A DNA stretch of 64,000 nt from Octopus sinensis (taxonomy: Eukaryota), in assembly GCF_006345805.1 (NCBI RefSeq), contig NC_042998.1:182652001-182716000 (forward strand), given 5' to 3'. This document shows positions 25,198 to 38,435 of this stretch, one piece after another (positions within the stretch are counted from its first letter, which is position 1; each line of letters begins with the position of its first letter). The translations under genes and the position numbers were made by a program. The notes under the pieces are model-generated. The model did no database searches. It was not told the origin of the DNA and worked only from the letters and a program-made list of their open reading frames with translations.

Positions 25198-26062
25198 CAG
25201 GGTGTGATGGATAAATTGTCGCCATTTTATAATATTAATTTTATGCATGCACATTGTTTGTTTTTGATTTTGTTGACTACACAGCATAGTAGGGTCAGTT
25301 TGGCACTGTCCGTCAGAAAAACAGCACCATGATGCAATGCATTCTGCCAAAAATTTGGAAATGACATGGTGTACTGCTTGGCAGTCATGCTGAAGCTCTA
25401 ATACAAACATTTCATAGTGTTTCAGTGTCAATCTGAAGACATGTACCGAGAGTGATAAAAATCAAATATCTAGTCAATATGATGGTGTTTGGAGTGATCA
25501 CTAGTAATTGTGACGTTATGCCTCCATTCATCTTCCCACATGGCCTCAGACTCAACATGGAGGCCTACATCAAGTGCCTAGAGGAAGTAGTGCTGTCCAG
25601 AGTCAAGACGGTGGATGCTGGAAGATACTATGTCTGGCAACAGGACTCTGCACCATGCCACTCAAGCAGGAGAACCCAGTCATGGGAGACAGACAATTTC
25701 TGTGACCACATCACCCCTAATATCTGGCCACCTAACTCCTCAGACTGCAACCCCCTTGATTATTATGTGAGGGACACAGTTGAATGAGAGACCAACAAAA
25801 CTCCTTGTAACACCAAAGATGAATTGAATGCAAGGATTATGGCAACAGTTACCAACTTAAACAAGGAGACCATCCAGAAGAGTTGCAGGAGATTCCAAAG
25901 TAATCTGAAGACCATGGTTAAAGACAATAGCAATTTTATTGAATAAATTTACTCTTTATTATTTCAAAATCTTTCTATGTAATTTTGGTAAATATATCTG
26001 TTAAAATGAGATGCCAGTGTTATTTTCCTTTTTGTGTAATTTAGAGGACAGTTTATTCACTG

Positions 26063-26067
<5 letters not shown>
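25198..26067 (+). mobile_element. Decayed DD37D (maT-like) Tc1/mariner element
   Basis: ORF fragment 25452-25787 reads WQQDSAPCH...WPPNSSDCNPLDY with exactly 37 residues between the second and third Asp. TIR CAGGGTGTGATGGATAAATTGTCGCC is matched imperfectly at 26044-26067. Confidence 0.8.
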
Positions 26068-26119
<52 letters not shown>

Positions 26120-26356
26120 CTACAGAAAATTTACAAAAGCGACTCAAGGATTGAGAATTTCATATATGGTTCTTATCATTGCCCAGTGGTGTCATGCACA
26201 AAAGTCTGATTAAAAAAAGTATATATACTCATGTACTGACTTCTATTTCTCATCTATACCACCAAACCAACACACACATACACACAGCATACAGAATTGT
26301 ACATGGACTGTTAGCTAATTCTCCCTCCAGAAAGTAGACTGGCTGTCTGCATTTTC

Positions 26357-26511
26357 CTTTAGCAGACCAGCTGAAGAGACAAGAAAATAACTTAGAGAAA
26401 CAAAGCAATGTCCTGGAATTAATGAGATTTCTACAATATCTGTTTTGTATGGAATAACTCTTATTTTTTCAGTTCCATAACATTCCAATATTGTATACGA
26501 TTGTCATAACT
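26357..26511 (-). pseudogene. Candidate WD40-repeat exon with a 1-bp deletion in an A-run
   Basis: Acceptor tgatttcag with in-frame stops just upstream. Reads SYDNRIQYWNVMELKK*; adding one A at 26464-26469 gives ...KKIRVIPYKTDIVEISLIPGHCFVSLSYFLVSSAG. Donor unclear. Confidence 0.3.
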
Positions 26512-27326
26512 CTGAAATCATTAAATATTTCAGAGAGCAGTAAACAATAGATTCACTTCAGCTTGTGCAAATTAAGATACGTTGTTGACTTATATGTGTG
26601 TATAGCATTCAGGCCTCTCCATCTCTTATTTCCTCATCATTAACGAAGTTTGCAACCCTGTGTAAGCTTATGTAGATTGGACCATCTACATCCCTCTATC
26701 TGTGCCCGTCTTCTCTCCTCTGTCCACCTTCTTATTTCAGTCATTACCTTATCATCCATCTCTCTCATCTCACCACTTGTAATACTTGCTGGTTCCCCAT
26801 CGGCTATCTAACACTAGTGCTGCTGGCATAAAAGTACCTACTTTATGATATAAACTGGTTGGCATTAGGAAGGGCATCCAGCCATAGAAATCAGGCCAAG
26901 GCAGACACTGTAGCATGATGCAATCTCTGAGCTCACCAGATCCTGTCAAACTATTCACAGTCCATGGAAAATGGATATTAAACAATATTCATGAGTATGA
27001 TTATGATATATATATTTCTTTATTGCCCACAAGGGGCTAAACATAGAGGGGACAAACAAGGACCGACAAAGATATCAAGTCGATTACATCGACCCCAGTG
27101 CGTAACTGGTACTTAATTTATCAACCCCGAAAGGATGAAAGGCAAAGTCGACCTCGGTGGAATTTGAACTCAGAACGTAACGGCAGACGAAATACTGCTA
27201 GGCATTTCACCCGGCGTGTTAACGTTACTGCCAGCTCACCAAGGATGATTATGATATATACATACATACACATGCACACATAAACACACATGTATGCATG
27301 TACATACACACACATGCACACATACA

Positions 27327-27720
27327 GGCATGGCTGTATAGTAAGAAGTTTGCTTCTCAACCACATGGTTCAGGGTTCAGTCCCATTATGGCACCTTGGG
27401 AAAGTCTCTTCTAATATAACCTTGGGCCAACTAAAGGCTTGTGAATGGATTTGGTAGACAGAAACTGAAAGAAGCCCATTGTGTGTTCGTGTGTGTCTTT
27501 GTGTCTGTGTTTGTCCCCCATCACCACTTAGCAACCAACATTGATGTTTATGTCCTCATATCTTAGGCATTTGGCAAAAGCAATCGATAGAATATGTACT
27601 AGGCTTTACAAACAATAAAAGCACTGGGGTCGATACATTTGACTATAATCCTTCAAGGTGGTGCCTTAACATGGTCACAGTCTAATGACTAAAATAAAGA
27701 AAAGATAAAAGATAAAAGGT
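27327..27720 (+). mobile_element. Family K SINE
   Basis: Homology to 40867-41260. Further copies at about 8098-8365, 30214-30635, 35815-36025 (3' part), 37500-37650, 63020-63470. Confidence 0.75.
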
Positions 27721-28489
27721 AATGGACAGATAGACAGACAGACAGACAAACAAATAGATTGTGAACTCTAAAATTAATAATTATATACTTTAGAACCAGC
27801 TCCTTAGCTAAAATGAACAAATTGGTTAATTCTGTTTCTGTAAGTGGTTGGCTTAAAATAAAATAAATAAAACCCATAAAGATAAAGAAAAAAAAGAAAA
27901 TCAATAAATATAAGTGTAAATGGAAATTCGACAGTAATCCAATGAATGAGAACAATGATTTTATTTCCCATGGGTAACTCTGCCAATTAATTTTCAGGCT
28001 TAGTCATAATGTTATTGATAGTTCGTTATGAAGGAATAGTTAAACTACAGCAGTCTGCAATTACTATGCAGATTTAATTGATTGCGTGTCTATCTAAATA
28101 CCAAAGGAATTTCAAAACATAGGAGATGTAGTTGTTGCTTTGATATGAAACCATTTGGGAATTTAGGAAGTGTAGCAGTTCCATCATTAAATTAGCAAGT
28201 TTTTGTCACCGATATCATTGTTGTCTTCCATTTAAACAGTTTTTCTTGCTCTTCTTATTCTTCACTTCCCTCCTCCTACTCCTCCTCCTCCTCCTCCTCC
28301 TCCTCATCATCATCATCATCATCACCCCCCCTCCTCTTCTTCCTCCTCATCATCATCACCTCCTCCTCCTCCTCCTTCTTCTTCTTCTTCTTCTTCTTCT
28401 TCTTCTTCTTCTTCCTTTTTGTTGTTGCATAGACTTGGTTAGCTGTTTTCCATCACATCTTGAATACTGATGTAATTGGTTGAAACATT

Positions 28490-28930
28490 TTAGTTGCATT
28501 TATGAATATTTGTAACCCACCTCAACCACTGATTTGGAAAAAATCAGGGCTGAGGACATTCAGTTGTGTATTTCTGTGGGTGAATGTATGTAGAGAGAAC
28601 ATAGATTGTTTTAGTGAAAGAGGAATAAGAGAAAATTCTTCAGAGCAGAATCTGCTAGGTGAGACACAACAGATTTGATAAGAGGTAAACTGTTTGCATT
28701 GAGCAGGCTGAAGAAGATGTGGTATGTAGCTTTTGTAGAGTTGAGACTATTTTAGCTGAAGCAGAGAAAAGAAGCACCGTCCTATGAGCCAGTTGTTGAA
28801 TGTATTGAGAAACAATTATTTACTACTTAACTACCTTGGTCTGTTTTTGATGTGGAGTAAGGATGCCTGTGTCTTTAGCTTCTGCACTGCTCCATGTTAA
28901 CACATGTGCTCTTCATGAATTCAGTGTTCT
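28490..28930 (-). mobile_element. Possible CR1/L2-like LINE 3' remnant
   Basis: Strongly decayed; weak similarity to CR1/L2 ORF ends and 3' UTRs by eye only. Confidence 0.3.
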
Positions 28931-28984
28931 GAACTTCTCTCATTATTTAAGATAAATTGATAGCCACTCATACATGTTATCAAC

Positions 28985-29158
28985 CATTGCCAGTATGGAA
29001 GATGGATGTTAAATAATGATGATGGTAGTGGTGGTGGTGTTGGTGATGATATAGACAGACAAACAGAGATAGACAGACAGACAGACGGATAGATAGGTAG
29101 GTAAGTAGGTAGGTAGGTAGATAGATAGACAGACGGACAGACAGACAGACATACAGAC

Positions 29159-29223
<65 letters not shown>

Positions 29224-29265
29224 CATAGGTAGGTAGGTAGGTAGGTAGGTAGGTAGGTAGGTAGG

Positions 29266-29297
<32 letters not shown>

Positions 29298-29325
29298 TAC
29301 ACAGACAGATAGACAGACATAGATT

Positions 29326-29380
<55 letters not shown>
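28985..29380. repeat. Compound (AGAT)n/(AGAC)n/(AGGT)n tetranucleotide array
   Basis: Direct reading. Confidence 0.9.
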
Positions 29381-29381
<1 letters not shown>

Positions 29382-29589
29382 CAATGAAGATCAAGTTAAC
29401 TGGGACTTTAAGTTTCACTTATCAGTTTGTTCAACCAAAATTTTTCTCTGCTCTCAGTATAAGAGTCATGCAATCAGTAAACATTCTGTTGTTATTCTTG
29501 TTTGGATGATGGACATTAAATTATAATGATGATGGGGATGATAAAGAGAATCATATATATATTCAGAGTGTGGACAGTATTTGAGGACA

Positions 29590-29830
29590 GATTTATGTTT
29601 TTAAAAAAACACTTAATAAGCTCAGATTATGTGGTCCTTGTTCTGTGGCAGCTTTCGAAGAATCTTTGGTGCTATGGGGGTGTTCATTGACATTTTTCTC
29701 AACAATGCTCCATACATAGTAGTCTAGTGGATTGGAGAATTAGGGGGCCAAATGTTGGGGGTAATGTGTGATCATGCAAATTGTTAGCTGAATAATATTC
29801 TTAAGGCCACATATGTTATGTTCCTTAATT
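29590..29830 (-). mobile_element. DD37D/Tc1-type transposase 3' remnant
   Basis: Minus-strand PPNSPIH*TTMYGALLRK is a decayed WPPNSPDLNPLDY-type segment. Confidence 0.5.
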
Positions 29831-30942
29831 TCTTTTGCATGTTTCAGTCAATGAACTGCAACCATGTTGGGGCACCACCTAGAAGGTTTTAGTCAAACAA
29901 ATTGACCATACACCCCATACACTCTGTAAAGTAGCTGATGAATGCTTGCATGTGTGTGCGTGTGTGTGTGTGTGTGTACTGTATTTGATGGTATATAACA
30001 CACACTTTTTTCCAAGAAATCACTCAGGTTCCTTATATGCAAAGTTGAGCTTTTATCATATACTCTAATGCTTGAAAATGTTTTTTCCTGAATATGCTAT
30101 ATAGAAATTGAAGTGCATCTGATATGCCTATGCATCTTTTATGTCATCAAATACAGTAGATATTTTGTACAAATATATGTGTATATATATGTATATGCAT
30201 ACATGTATCAACACAGGAGAGTTGGTTCCCAACCGCATGGTTCTGGGTTCAGTTTCACTGCATGGAAACTTGGCCAAATGTCTTCTACTATAGCATCAGG
30301 CTGACCAAAGCTTTGTGAATGGAGTTGGTGGACTGAAACTGAAAGAAGTTCATGAAATGTGTGTGTGTGGTGTGTGTGTGTGTGTGTGTGTATATGTATG
30401 TGTGTGTGTGTGTGTGTGTTGTGTGTGTGTGTGTGTGTGTGGTGTGTGTGTGTGTGTGTGTGTGTGAGACATAGTCTTGGTCCACACACTGCTTGACAGT
30501 TTGTTTATGTTTCAACAGCAATTACTCAAAAGAAACTAACAGAATAAATATTTGTCAATTTGTTTGACTCAAACCTTCTAGGTGGTGCCCCAACATGGTT
30601 GTAGTTCGTTGACTGAAACAAGCAAAAGAAATTAAGGAACATAACATTTATGATGATATTTTCTGCAGAGCAAGATCGTACACATGAAATAGAAAACCTT
30701 GTAACTTATGCACTATGTAGAGTCTAGATATTAATTTTGCTAAAATATCATTTCTCAACTAACATTCAGAAAAAAATCACATGTTGTCAACTTACACATC
30801 CTCAGAGATAAACTCATCTTTTCTATACAGTTACACTATCCCTGTTGTACTTTTACCTATACATTTATCATCTCCATTTACATTCAATTCTAACTGATCT
30901 ACTAACTTCCCAACGTTGTGTCATGTATACTCACTGATCATA

Positions 30943-31140
30943 TACGAGGGGCTGCTATAAGGTTCCTGGCTTTAAGGGTATCATGAAAGGCCTGGTTGAA
31001 GACCCAACCTTCTGAGTTGTTTTACAAGGCTTAGAAAAACTGAAGGATTTCTGCAATAAGTGTGTGAATCTGAGAGAGAAATATGCTGAATAAAGTCATA
31101 ATCCATATAACTAAAGAGTCCTTTTTATTCTACATTGTCT
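30943..31140 (+). mobile_element. Internally deleted mariner derivative
   Basis: TACGAGGG-type left terminus joined to a transposase C-terminal remnant (LEKLK...NKCVNLR.KYAE*). Confidence 0.55.
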
Positions 31141-31566
31141 CATTTCAATCTAAGAATAAAACAGCAAAATTTCATCATCATCATCATCGTCGTCATCGTC
31201 GTCATCATCATCATCATCACCATCATCATTATCACCATTACCATCATCAGTCTTCCATGCTGGCATTGGTTGGACAGTTTGACAGGAGCTGACAAACCAG
31301 AGGAATGCACCAAGCTCTTCTGACTGTTATGGCATGCTTTTTATGGTTGGATGCCTTTCCTAATGCTAACCACTTTACAGAGTGGACTGGGTGCTTTTCA
31401 CATGGCACCAACACTGACAAAATCACTAAGTAACTTGCAAGACAAAGATTCTTTGAATGGGGAAGAGTATTGGAGGAGGTGGCTTTGTGTCAGGTGATGA
31501 GAAGCCAGAGTATGGCAGAGGGGCAGAAACAGGCGCCTTGCTTTATAGGGGAGACATAATTACCCC

Positions 31567-31604
<38 letters not shown>

Positions 31605-32648
31605 AGAGAGAGAGAGAATGAGTGAGAGAGAGAGAATGAGTGAGAAAGAGAGAATGAGAGAGAGAGAATGAGTGAGAGAGAGAGATTGAAAGTGTATGTG
31701 TGTCTGTGTGTGTGTGTGTAAACAAGAATGAGAGAGAGTAAGAATGAGAGAGAGCAAGAGTGAAAGAGAGCAAACAGGTAGAGAGTAAGAGTGAGAGAGA
31801 TCAAGGATGAGAGGGAGAGTGAGAGAGATGGTGGAAATGTGCCAGGGTGCATCTTTGTGTGAAATACTGGATAAGTGGACAGATCCCTAAAGTCTATGGA
31901 TTGTGAAGGGCAGAGAAACATTTATAATGAGAGAGCTGGAGTTGAAGAAAATCACCATTAGCAAACTTTGTATTTATCTATCATTTCTTTAGTAAGAACT
32001 ACTGTTTCCTTACACCTTATTTTCGTTTAATCTCAATTTTAATCTTTAGTATTTCCTTATGTTATTTCGGTTTTAATTTTACCCATAACTTTTGTTCATA
32101 TTTCACCCATAATCTCTAATACTTATTTCCTTATCTTTATTTATCTTCGTAATCCTTCATCTTCTTAGTACTGCCCTACCAATAAGCTCCACTAAGTTTC
32201 ACTTATTTATCAGTTTATCATTTAACCAAACCCTGATTTCATCGTTCTAAAGCTCGTTAACATATCATCACTTCTCTGTACTTTTATTCTTTTATTCTTT
32301 TATCTTACTATTTTGTCATTTAGCACTTCAACTGCCTGACCACTTCTCATCCACAGAATTCGCTAATTTGCCAAGAAACATCAGCTATATCAATTGTTTA
32401 CCTATAGGAGTTTTTTATTGTGGCAATCTTCAATACAGTCACTCAATCCTTTGATCCTAGTACATTCTCCCTATAGTCAAATTGAAGACAAATTGATATC
32501 TTTTAACTTTGTACTCATACCCCACCTCATTACATCCCACACTTTCCTCAACAACTCCCTCCAGTGACATTTCATCTCTCAATCATTTTCTATTGGTCAT
32601 TCACCCCACCTTAGCTATATGACTTTGTGCTTTCAATATATATATATC

Positions 32649-33016
32649 ATAAATCTCTGAACGAGGTATAAACAGTAACTGCACAACAATGTGAAGTATA
32701 TTTGCCATCTAAATGTGGCTAACCACTAAGGGTGGATGTTACTGTAGCTTGTAGCCCCAGGAGAACATCTCCAGCTGGCTATTGACACACTTTCTGTGCC
32801 CTATCGGTATTTGCAAAGGGAAGTCATCCTTCCCATCGTCGACCTGATGTGATACACATGGACCCAGGTTTCTGAATATTTACCAGACATCAGCGCACGA
32901 CAATCACCGGTCTTCGATGCAAAGGGATCCCAATGCAAATACATATATCCTTTTTCCATTGACAAAAAGTCACTGATCTCGAAAAAGTGTAAACAAGCAA
33001 TAATAAATCTCTGAAC

Positions 33017-33024
<8 letters not shown>
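32649..33024 (-). mobile_element. (TA)n-embedded 354-bp unit with 22-bp terminal direct repeats; probable PLE-derived or retrozyme-like element
   Basis: ATAAATCTCTGAAC(G/A)AGGTATA at 32649-32670 and 33003-33024. Minus-strand CTGATG..TCTGG..TTCA-GAAAC-CTGG-GTC at 32856-32898 resembles a decayed hammerhead. Confidence 0.5.
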
Positions 33025-33052
<28 letters not shown>

Positions 33053-33053
33053 C

Positions 33054-33337
33054 TAAAGTTAGCACAAGGCATGAGGATACAGAAAAGGAATCAACCTGTT
33101 TAGAAATAAGTGCTAAATTCCCAATTTAGGCCAGAATCCGAAACCATGGTATATGAGTATCTGAATGGCATATTCTTTAAAGGTATGCTTTTTAATGTCT
33201 TAATTCTTTATCCGTTTCCTCACCTACTGTTGTTTTTCTGCTATTTGGTGCCTTCCAGCAGTTGAATTAGGAATTCAGCTCCAATTTCTAAACAGGTTGA
33301 TGCTTTTTCTGCATCCTCATGCCTTGTGCTAACTTTA
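33054..33337. mobile_element. MITE with ~70-bp imperfect terminal inverted repeats
   Basis: TAAAGTTAGCACAAGGCATGAGGAT(A/G)CAGAAAA..ATCAACCTGTTTAGAAAT occurs at both ends in inverted orientation. Confidence 0.8.
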
Positions 33338-33656
33338 AATTTTGTAGCTATAGAATGCTATTAGACCTGTTGAACCACCTGTGTTACTGCTGTTAATATT
33401 ATCAATTAAAAATATTCCCCGCAGATGACAATAACAATACTGACATCTTACTTTGAGTGTAAATACTTGAATGTTTTTGCTCATATATATATATATAATT
33501 AAAAAATCTTAGGGTAGCAAAAAATATTTATAGAAAAATTCTTTGTTACCACTGGTCTAGCGAGAAGGAAAAATTTAGTCAAAATTGAGTCTATTGACTA
33601 AATTTTATATATATCAGGTTGTCCAACCCATGCCAGTATGGACAATGGACATTAAA

Positions 33657-33692
<36 letters not shown>

Positions 33693-33742
33693 TGTGAGAG
33701 AGAGAGAGTGAGAGAGAGAGAGAATGAGAGAGAGAGAGAGAG

Positions 33743-33780
<38 letters not shown>

Positions 33781-34659
33781 TGGATTATACCCCTATTTAC
33801 ATATATTTATCAGTCTTCTCTAATGAGAGGTGGGAGAAGATCTGGTCATATTGTGAGAAGTCAATATCACCAAATATATAATATTTATAAATTTTCTTTT
33901 ATAATCAATTGATTAATCAGATTTATCTAAATGTTTCCTCACTTAACACATAACACATCCTGACATTTAAGAATCAATCTATAGCAGTGACAGAACAGTT
34001 GAAATATCACATCAAAGCTAACATTTTAAATTTGCATGACCAAGAGAAAAGCCTTTCCTCGAGCCATTCCACTTCTGTAAATGTCAATTTGCTATGAATC
34101 TGTTTCAGAATGGGAAAAAATAATATTGAACGAATACAAAGATACATCAAACATTGCTTCTGCTTTTAATATGGTACTGACTAAATCTAATCAGAATATT
34201 TCAATCTCAATGAAAATGTAATGAGTTATCCTGTAATTGAATAATAAGAAGAATGGAAATAAATTTATGTTGGTTAGATTAAAGAGCATCGTTAAAAAGA
34301 AAGGTTTGTCTCTTTGATTTTATGAAGAAGAATGCCCAAGATTCACTTAAAACTACAAAGAACAATGTAATTGGTGTTTAATTTCTTGTAAGAGAACTAC
34401 ATTCGGGTATAAGGTTTTGAGAAAAGTGTTTTAGTATTGAATCTGGATGGTGAGACATAAATAAGAACAACAAGTAAATAAATGGTAGATTGGTGAGTGC
34501 AATGGATGGAACTTGAAAAGAGGAGTTAAACAGCTTTGTTAGTTCTGAAAAGTAGATGTCATTAAAGCTAAGCTAGAAAAGATGAGGAATTAAAAATGTA
34601 CGTATGCACAGTCATGAACAGTGAGCATGTATAGGCAAAAGAACAAGGAAGATATAACA

Positions 34660-34696
<37 letters not shown>

Positions 34697-34941
34697 TTCT
34701 GTCTCAAATAAATTGCACTTCCTATTCAAGGTTCCAATGAAGCTATAAAGTGTTATTCAGGCACTCAACTATGAGTCCACTGCATCTCATAGCAGAAACA
34801 GCTGTAAGCCATTGAAGTTCATAAGATAATCATTTATTTCTTTGTCATCTCTCTTTCTGTTATATATATATATATATACAAACGCACACACACACACACA
34901 ACACACACACACACACACACACATACACACACACACACACA

Positions 34942-34982
<41 letters not shown>

Positions 34983-35244
34983 ACATGTTCTCTCTCTCAC
35001 TTCCTCCTCACCTACCTCACTCTCTTATACTGTCTTGTTCCTCCCCACTACTACGAAACTCTATAAAATGATCAAATTCCCCACAAAGGGATTAATTTGA
35101 TTTGAAAACCCCACTGGAATGGGAGAAAGCACTAATAATCCGAATGATATGATCTGAATGATATGATATATATATGTAAAAAATGTAATATATAAATAAA
35201 TATCTATAAATATGAACCATCCGATCTTCTGATTACCTCATTTC

Positions 35245-35290
<46 letters not shown>

Positions 35291-35377
35291 TATATAGATA
35301 GATAAAATTTACTCGGAAGAGGATGGATGGTGTTCAATCATATAATTATATAAATAATATATATATATAATTATATA

Positions 35378-35420
<43 letters not shown>

Positions 35421-35754
35421 ATTATATAATATATATATATATATTATATATATATATATATATATGTATACATATATATATGATGATGATGATGATATAC
35501 ATACATATATGTACATACATCTATACATATGTAAATACATTTATACGTATATATATCTATATATGTAAAGCATTCACACCTAGACTCAAGGGTGTGATTC
35601 GAAACAGAGGTGGTCATATCAAATAAATATGGTTATGTCATAATTGTGTTTCCTTTACCATTGCATTGCAATGCTCAGACCTGAAATATGACAATATTTT
35701 GGTTTGGCAAAATTGAAAAAAGTTGGTTGTCTTAATTTTGGGACATTTGTATAT

Positions 35755-35793
<39 letters not shown>

Positions 35794-36548
35794 TGAGTGT
35801 GTTTGTGGTTGTGTATGTTCCCTCCCCACACCATCACTAGACAACCAGTGTGGGTTTGCTTATGACCATGTAACTTAGCAGTTTGACAAAACAGAACCAA
35901 TAGAATAAGTACTAGACTTTAAAAAGTAAATACTAGAGGATGTTTTGTTTAACTAAACCCTTCAATACAGTGCCCCTGCATGGCCGTGATAAAACAACCA
36001 AAACAAATAAAAAGTAAAAGATAAAAGAAATAAATCACACCCACGCTGACATGGACAAGTTTACAAAAATGATTACAAATATTTCTTTGTATATTATAAA
36101 TAAACAGGTATATGTCCCAGCATTAAATAAAACATTCCAAGACAACCTTTGTGTCAACATGGACTCACAGATGTTTAAATAGATGTACTGATATGAATAT
36201 CATATTTATGTGCATATGCTGATGTATAAGCCCTCAAGGATTGAATTATAAAATGTGCTCTGATACATACATATTAATATATACGTATGCATGAACATGT
36301 GTAAATACATATGGTGGCTGGTGTTCCTATTGTGATACAAGTGTTATTGTATATGATGTGTGTATGTGTGTGTTTGAGTGTATATGTATATATGCATGTA
36401 TCAATATATACATACACATACATGTGCACACACAAACACACACATATGACATAGTTATGAGTGGGAGAAAGGTCGACTATTGGAGAAATTGTTGTGTTTA
36501 TAATATTTCACTGCTTTCTTTGCAGAAAGTTATCTTTTTTAGATTATA

Positions 36549-37482
36549 TACAAGGGTGGGGGCTGAAAAGTTCATAGGCTGACTATGAGGAAGTGATGCT
36601 AGAGCTGTGAAATCTTGGATGAATTACTTTCAACTGTTATTAATAACTGAATTGTTTCTTTCCAGGTAAACTGATATGTGACTGTCCAAAGAAGACTTCA
36701 GAAGTCACTAGTAGTGACTTCTCTTCAAAATGAACAAAATTTAGCACTGCATTATTAACAAGTATCTGTAGAAAAAAAAGGATTTAGCCTCCCCTGCCCC
36801 AGGACGTTCATACTGACATGCTTGCTACATTTGGGAATGATATTCCATTTTTATCAACAGGGCAAAAGTGAGCAGCTGAATTAAGAAGGGAAGGGAGAAT
36901 CTTGAAGATGACCCAATGCCAGGACATCCTATAATTGCTACCACCGAGGAAAACATATGACATGCAGTTAACCATAAATCAAATAGCCATTGCTATTAGC
37001 AAACCCTGTGAGAGAGCTGAGAATATTCTACACAATGAACTTAGCATAATGAAGGTGTCTGCTCAGTGAGTGCTACGTTTTTTGACGCCTGATCAAAAGT
37101 GCACCAGGCTGATCACATCACATCACAGGAAAATCTGACATTGTTTGAAGCAGATCCAGCTAGTTTCCTTGAACATTTTCTGACCCACGATGAGTGTTAG
37201 GTTCATCACTTTGAACCAGAGACAAAGAGACAATCCATGCAGTAAAAACACCCTTCCTATCTGCTTCAAAGAAGACCAAGGTTGTTTCATCTGCAGGGAA
37301 GGTGGCCTAAGGTTTTTGGGGATGCAAAAGGCATTGTGCTTCGTGACTATCTTCAGAAGGGTCACACCTTCAATGGAGAGTACTATGACAACCTACTTAG
37401 GCAGTTGTGACAGGCTATCAAGACCAAGGAGTCAGAATAACTGATGAAAGGGCTCTTGTTTCATCAGGACAATGCTCCAGGC
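36549..37482 (+). mobile_element. Decayed mariner element, 3'-truncated
   Basis: Left end TACAAGGG...GCTGAAAAGTTCATAGG. Broken frames give LEDDPMPGHP, THDEC*VHHFEPETK, and LFHQDNAP at the truncation point. Confidence 0.75.
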
Positions 37483-37991
37483 ATGGCTTTGTCATTGAGT
37501 ATTTTGATCCCCAATCATGTGGTCTTTGGGTTCAATCCTACTGAGTAGCACCTCAGGCAAGAGTCTTTTACTATAGCTTCGGGTCAAACAAATCATTGTG
37601 GGTGGATTTAGTAGGCAGACACCCAATGTATATGAGTTTATATATATAGGGTTGTGTGTATGTGTGAATGATTTTTTCCTTCTCATCATCTATCCGTTTG
37701 TTTCACTTGTTTGTTGTAAGCAATGGTTTCACTGATGATGCCATTTGCTTGCAGTCCACTACAAAAGCAGTTCTGGGGTTCTTGAGGTGTCTTGACATGC
37801 TGTACAATTTTTGCAAAAAAAAAAAGGCTCATAAGCATGTCTAGGCTGTTGCTCAATAGTCTCAGAGATTGTTATCTCACTTGAAAACAGTTGGGGGTTG
37901 TTGACAGGAAAGGCATCCAGTCATAGAAAACACTGCCGTAGCATGCTCTCATCTGGCCAACACAAGCATGGAAAAGTAGATGCTAAAGGAA

Positions 37992-38435
37992 TGGTGACGA
38001 TGACGATGACAATGATGATAATGATGATGATGATAATGATGATGGTGGTGGTGGTGGTGGTGTGGATGAGGATGATGATGATGGTGGTGGTGGTGGTGGT
38101 GGTGTTGGTGATGATGATGATGATGGTGATGGTGATGGTGATGATGGTGATGGTGATGGTGATGATGATGGTGATGATGATGATGGTGATGATGATGACG
38201 AGGATGATGATGATGGTGGTGGTGGTGATGATGATGATGATGATGATGATGATGGTGATGATGATTATGGTGATGATGATGATGATGGTGATGATGATTA
38301 TGGTGATGATGATGGTGGTGATGATGATGATGGTGATGAGGATAATGATGATGATAATGCTGCTGCTGATGATGATGATGGTGATGATGCATGATGATGA
38401 TGATGATAATGACGACGACGACAATAACGGTGATG
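37992..38435. repeat. ~440-bp mosaic (GAT/GGT)n trinucleotide array
   Basis: Direct reading; explains ORFs 37898-38484. Confidence 0.95.

Noticed and set aside
31960-32640. Pyrimidine-rich tracts (also 58000-58700)
   Set aside because: Strong strand bias but no periodicity, ORF or termini that I could define.
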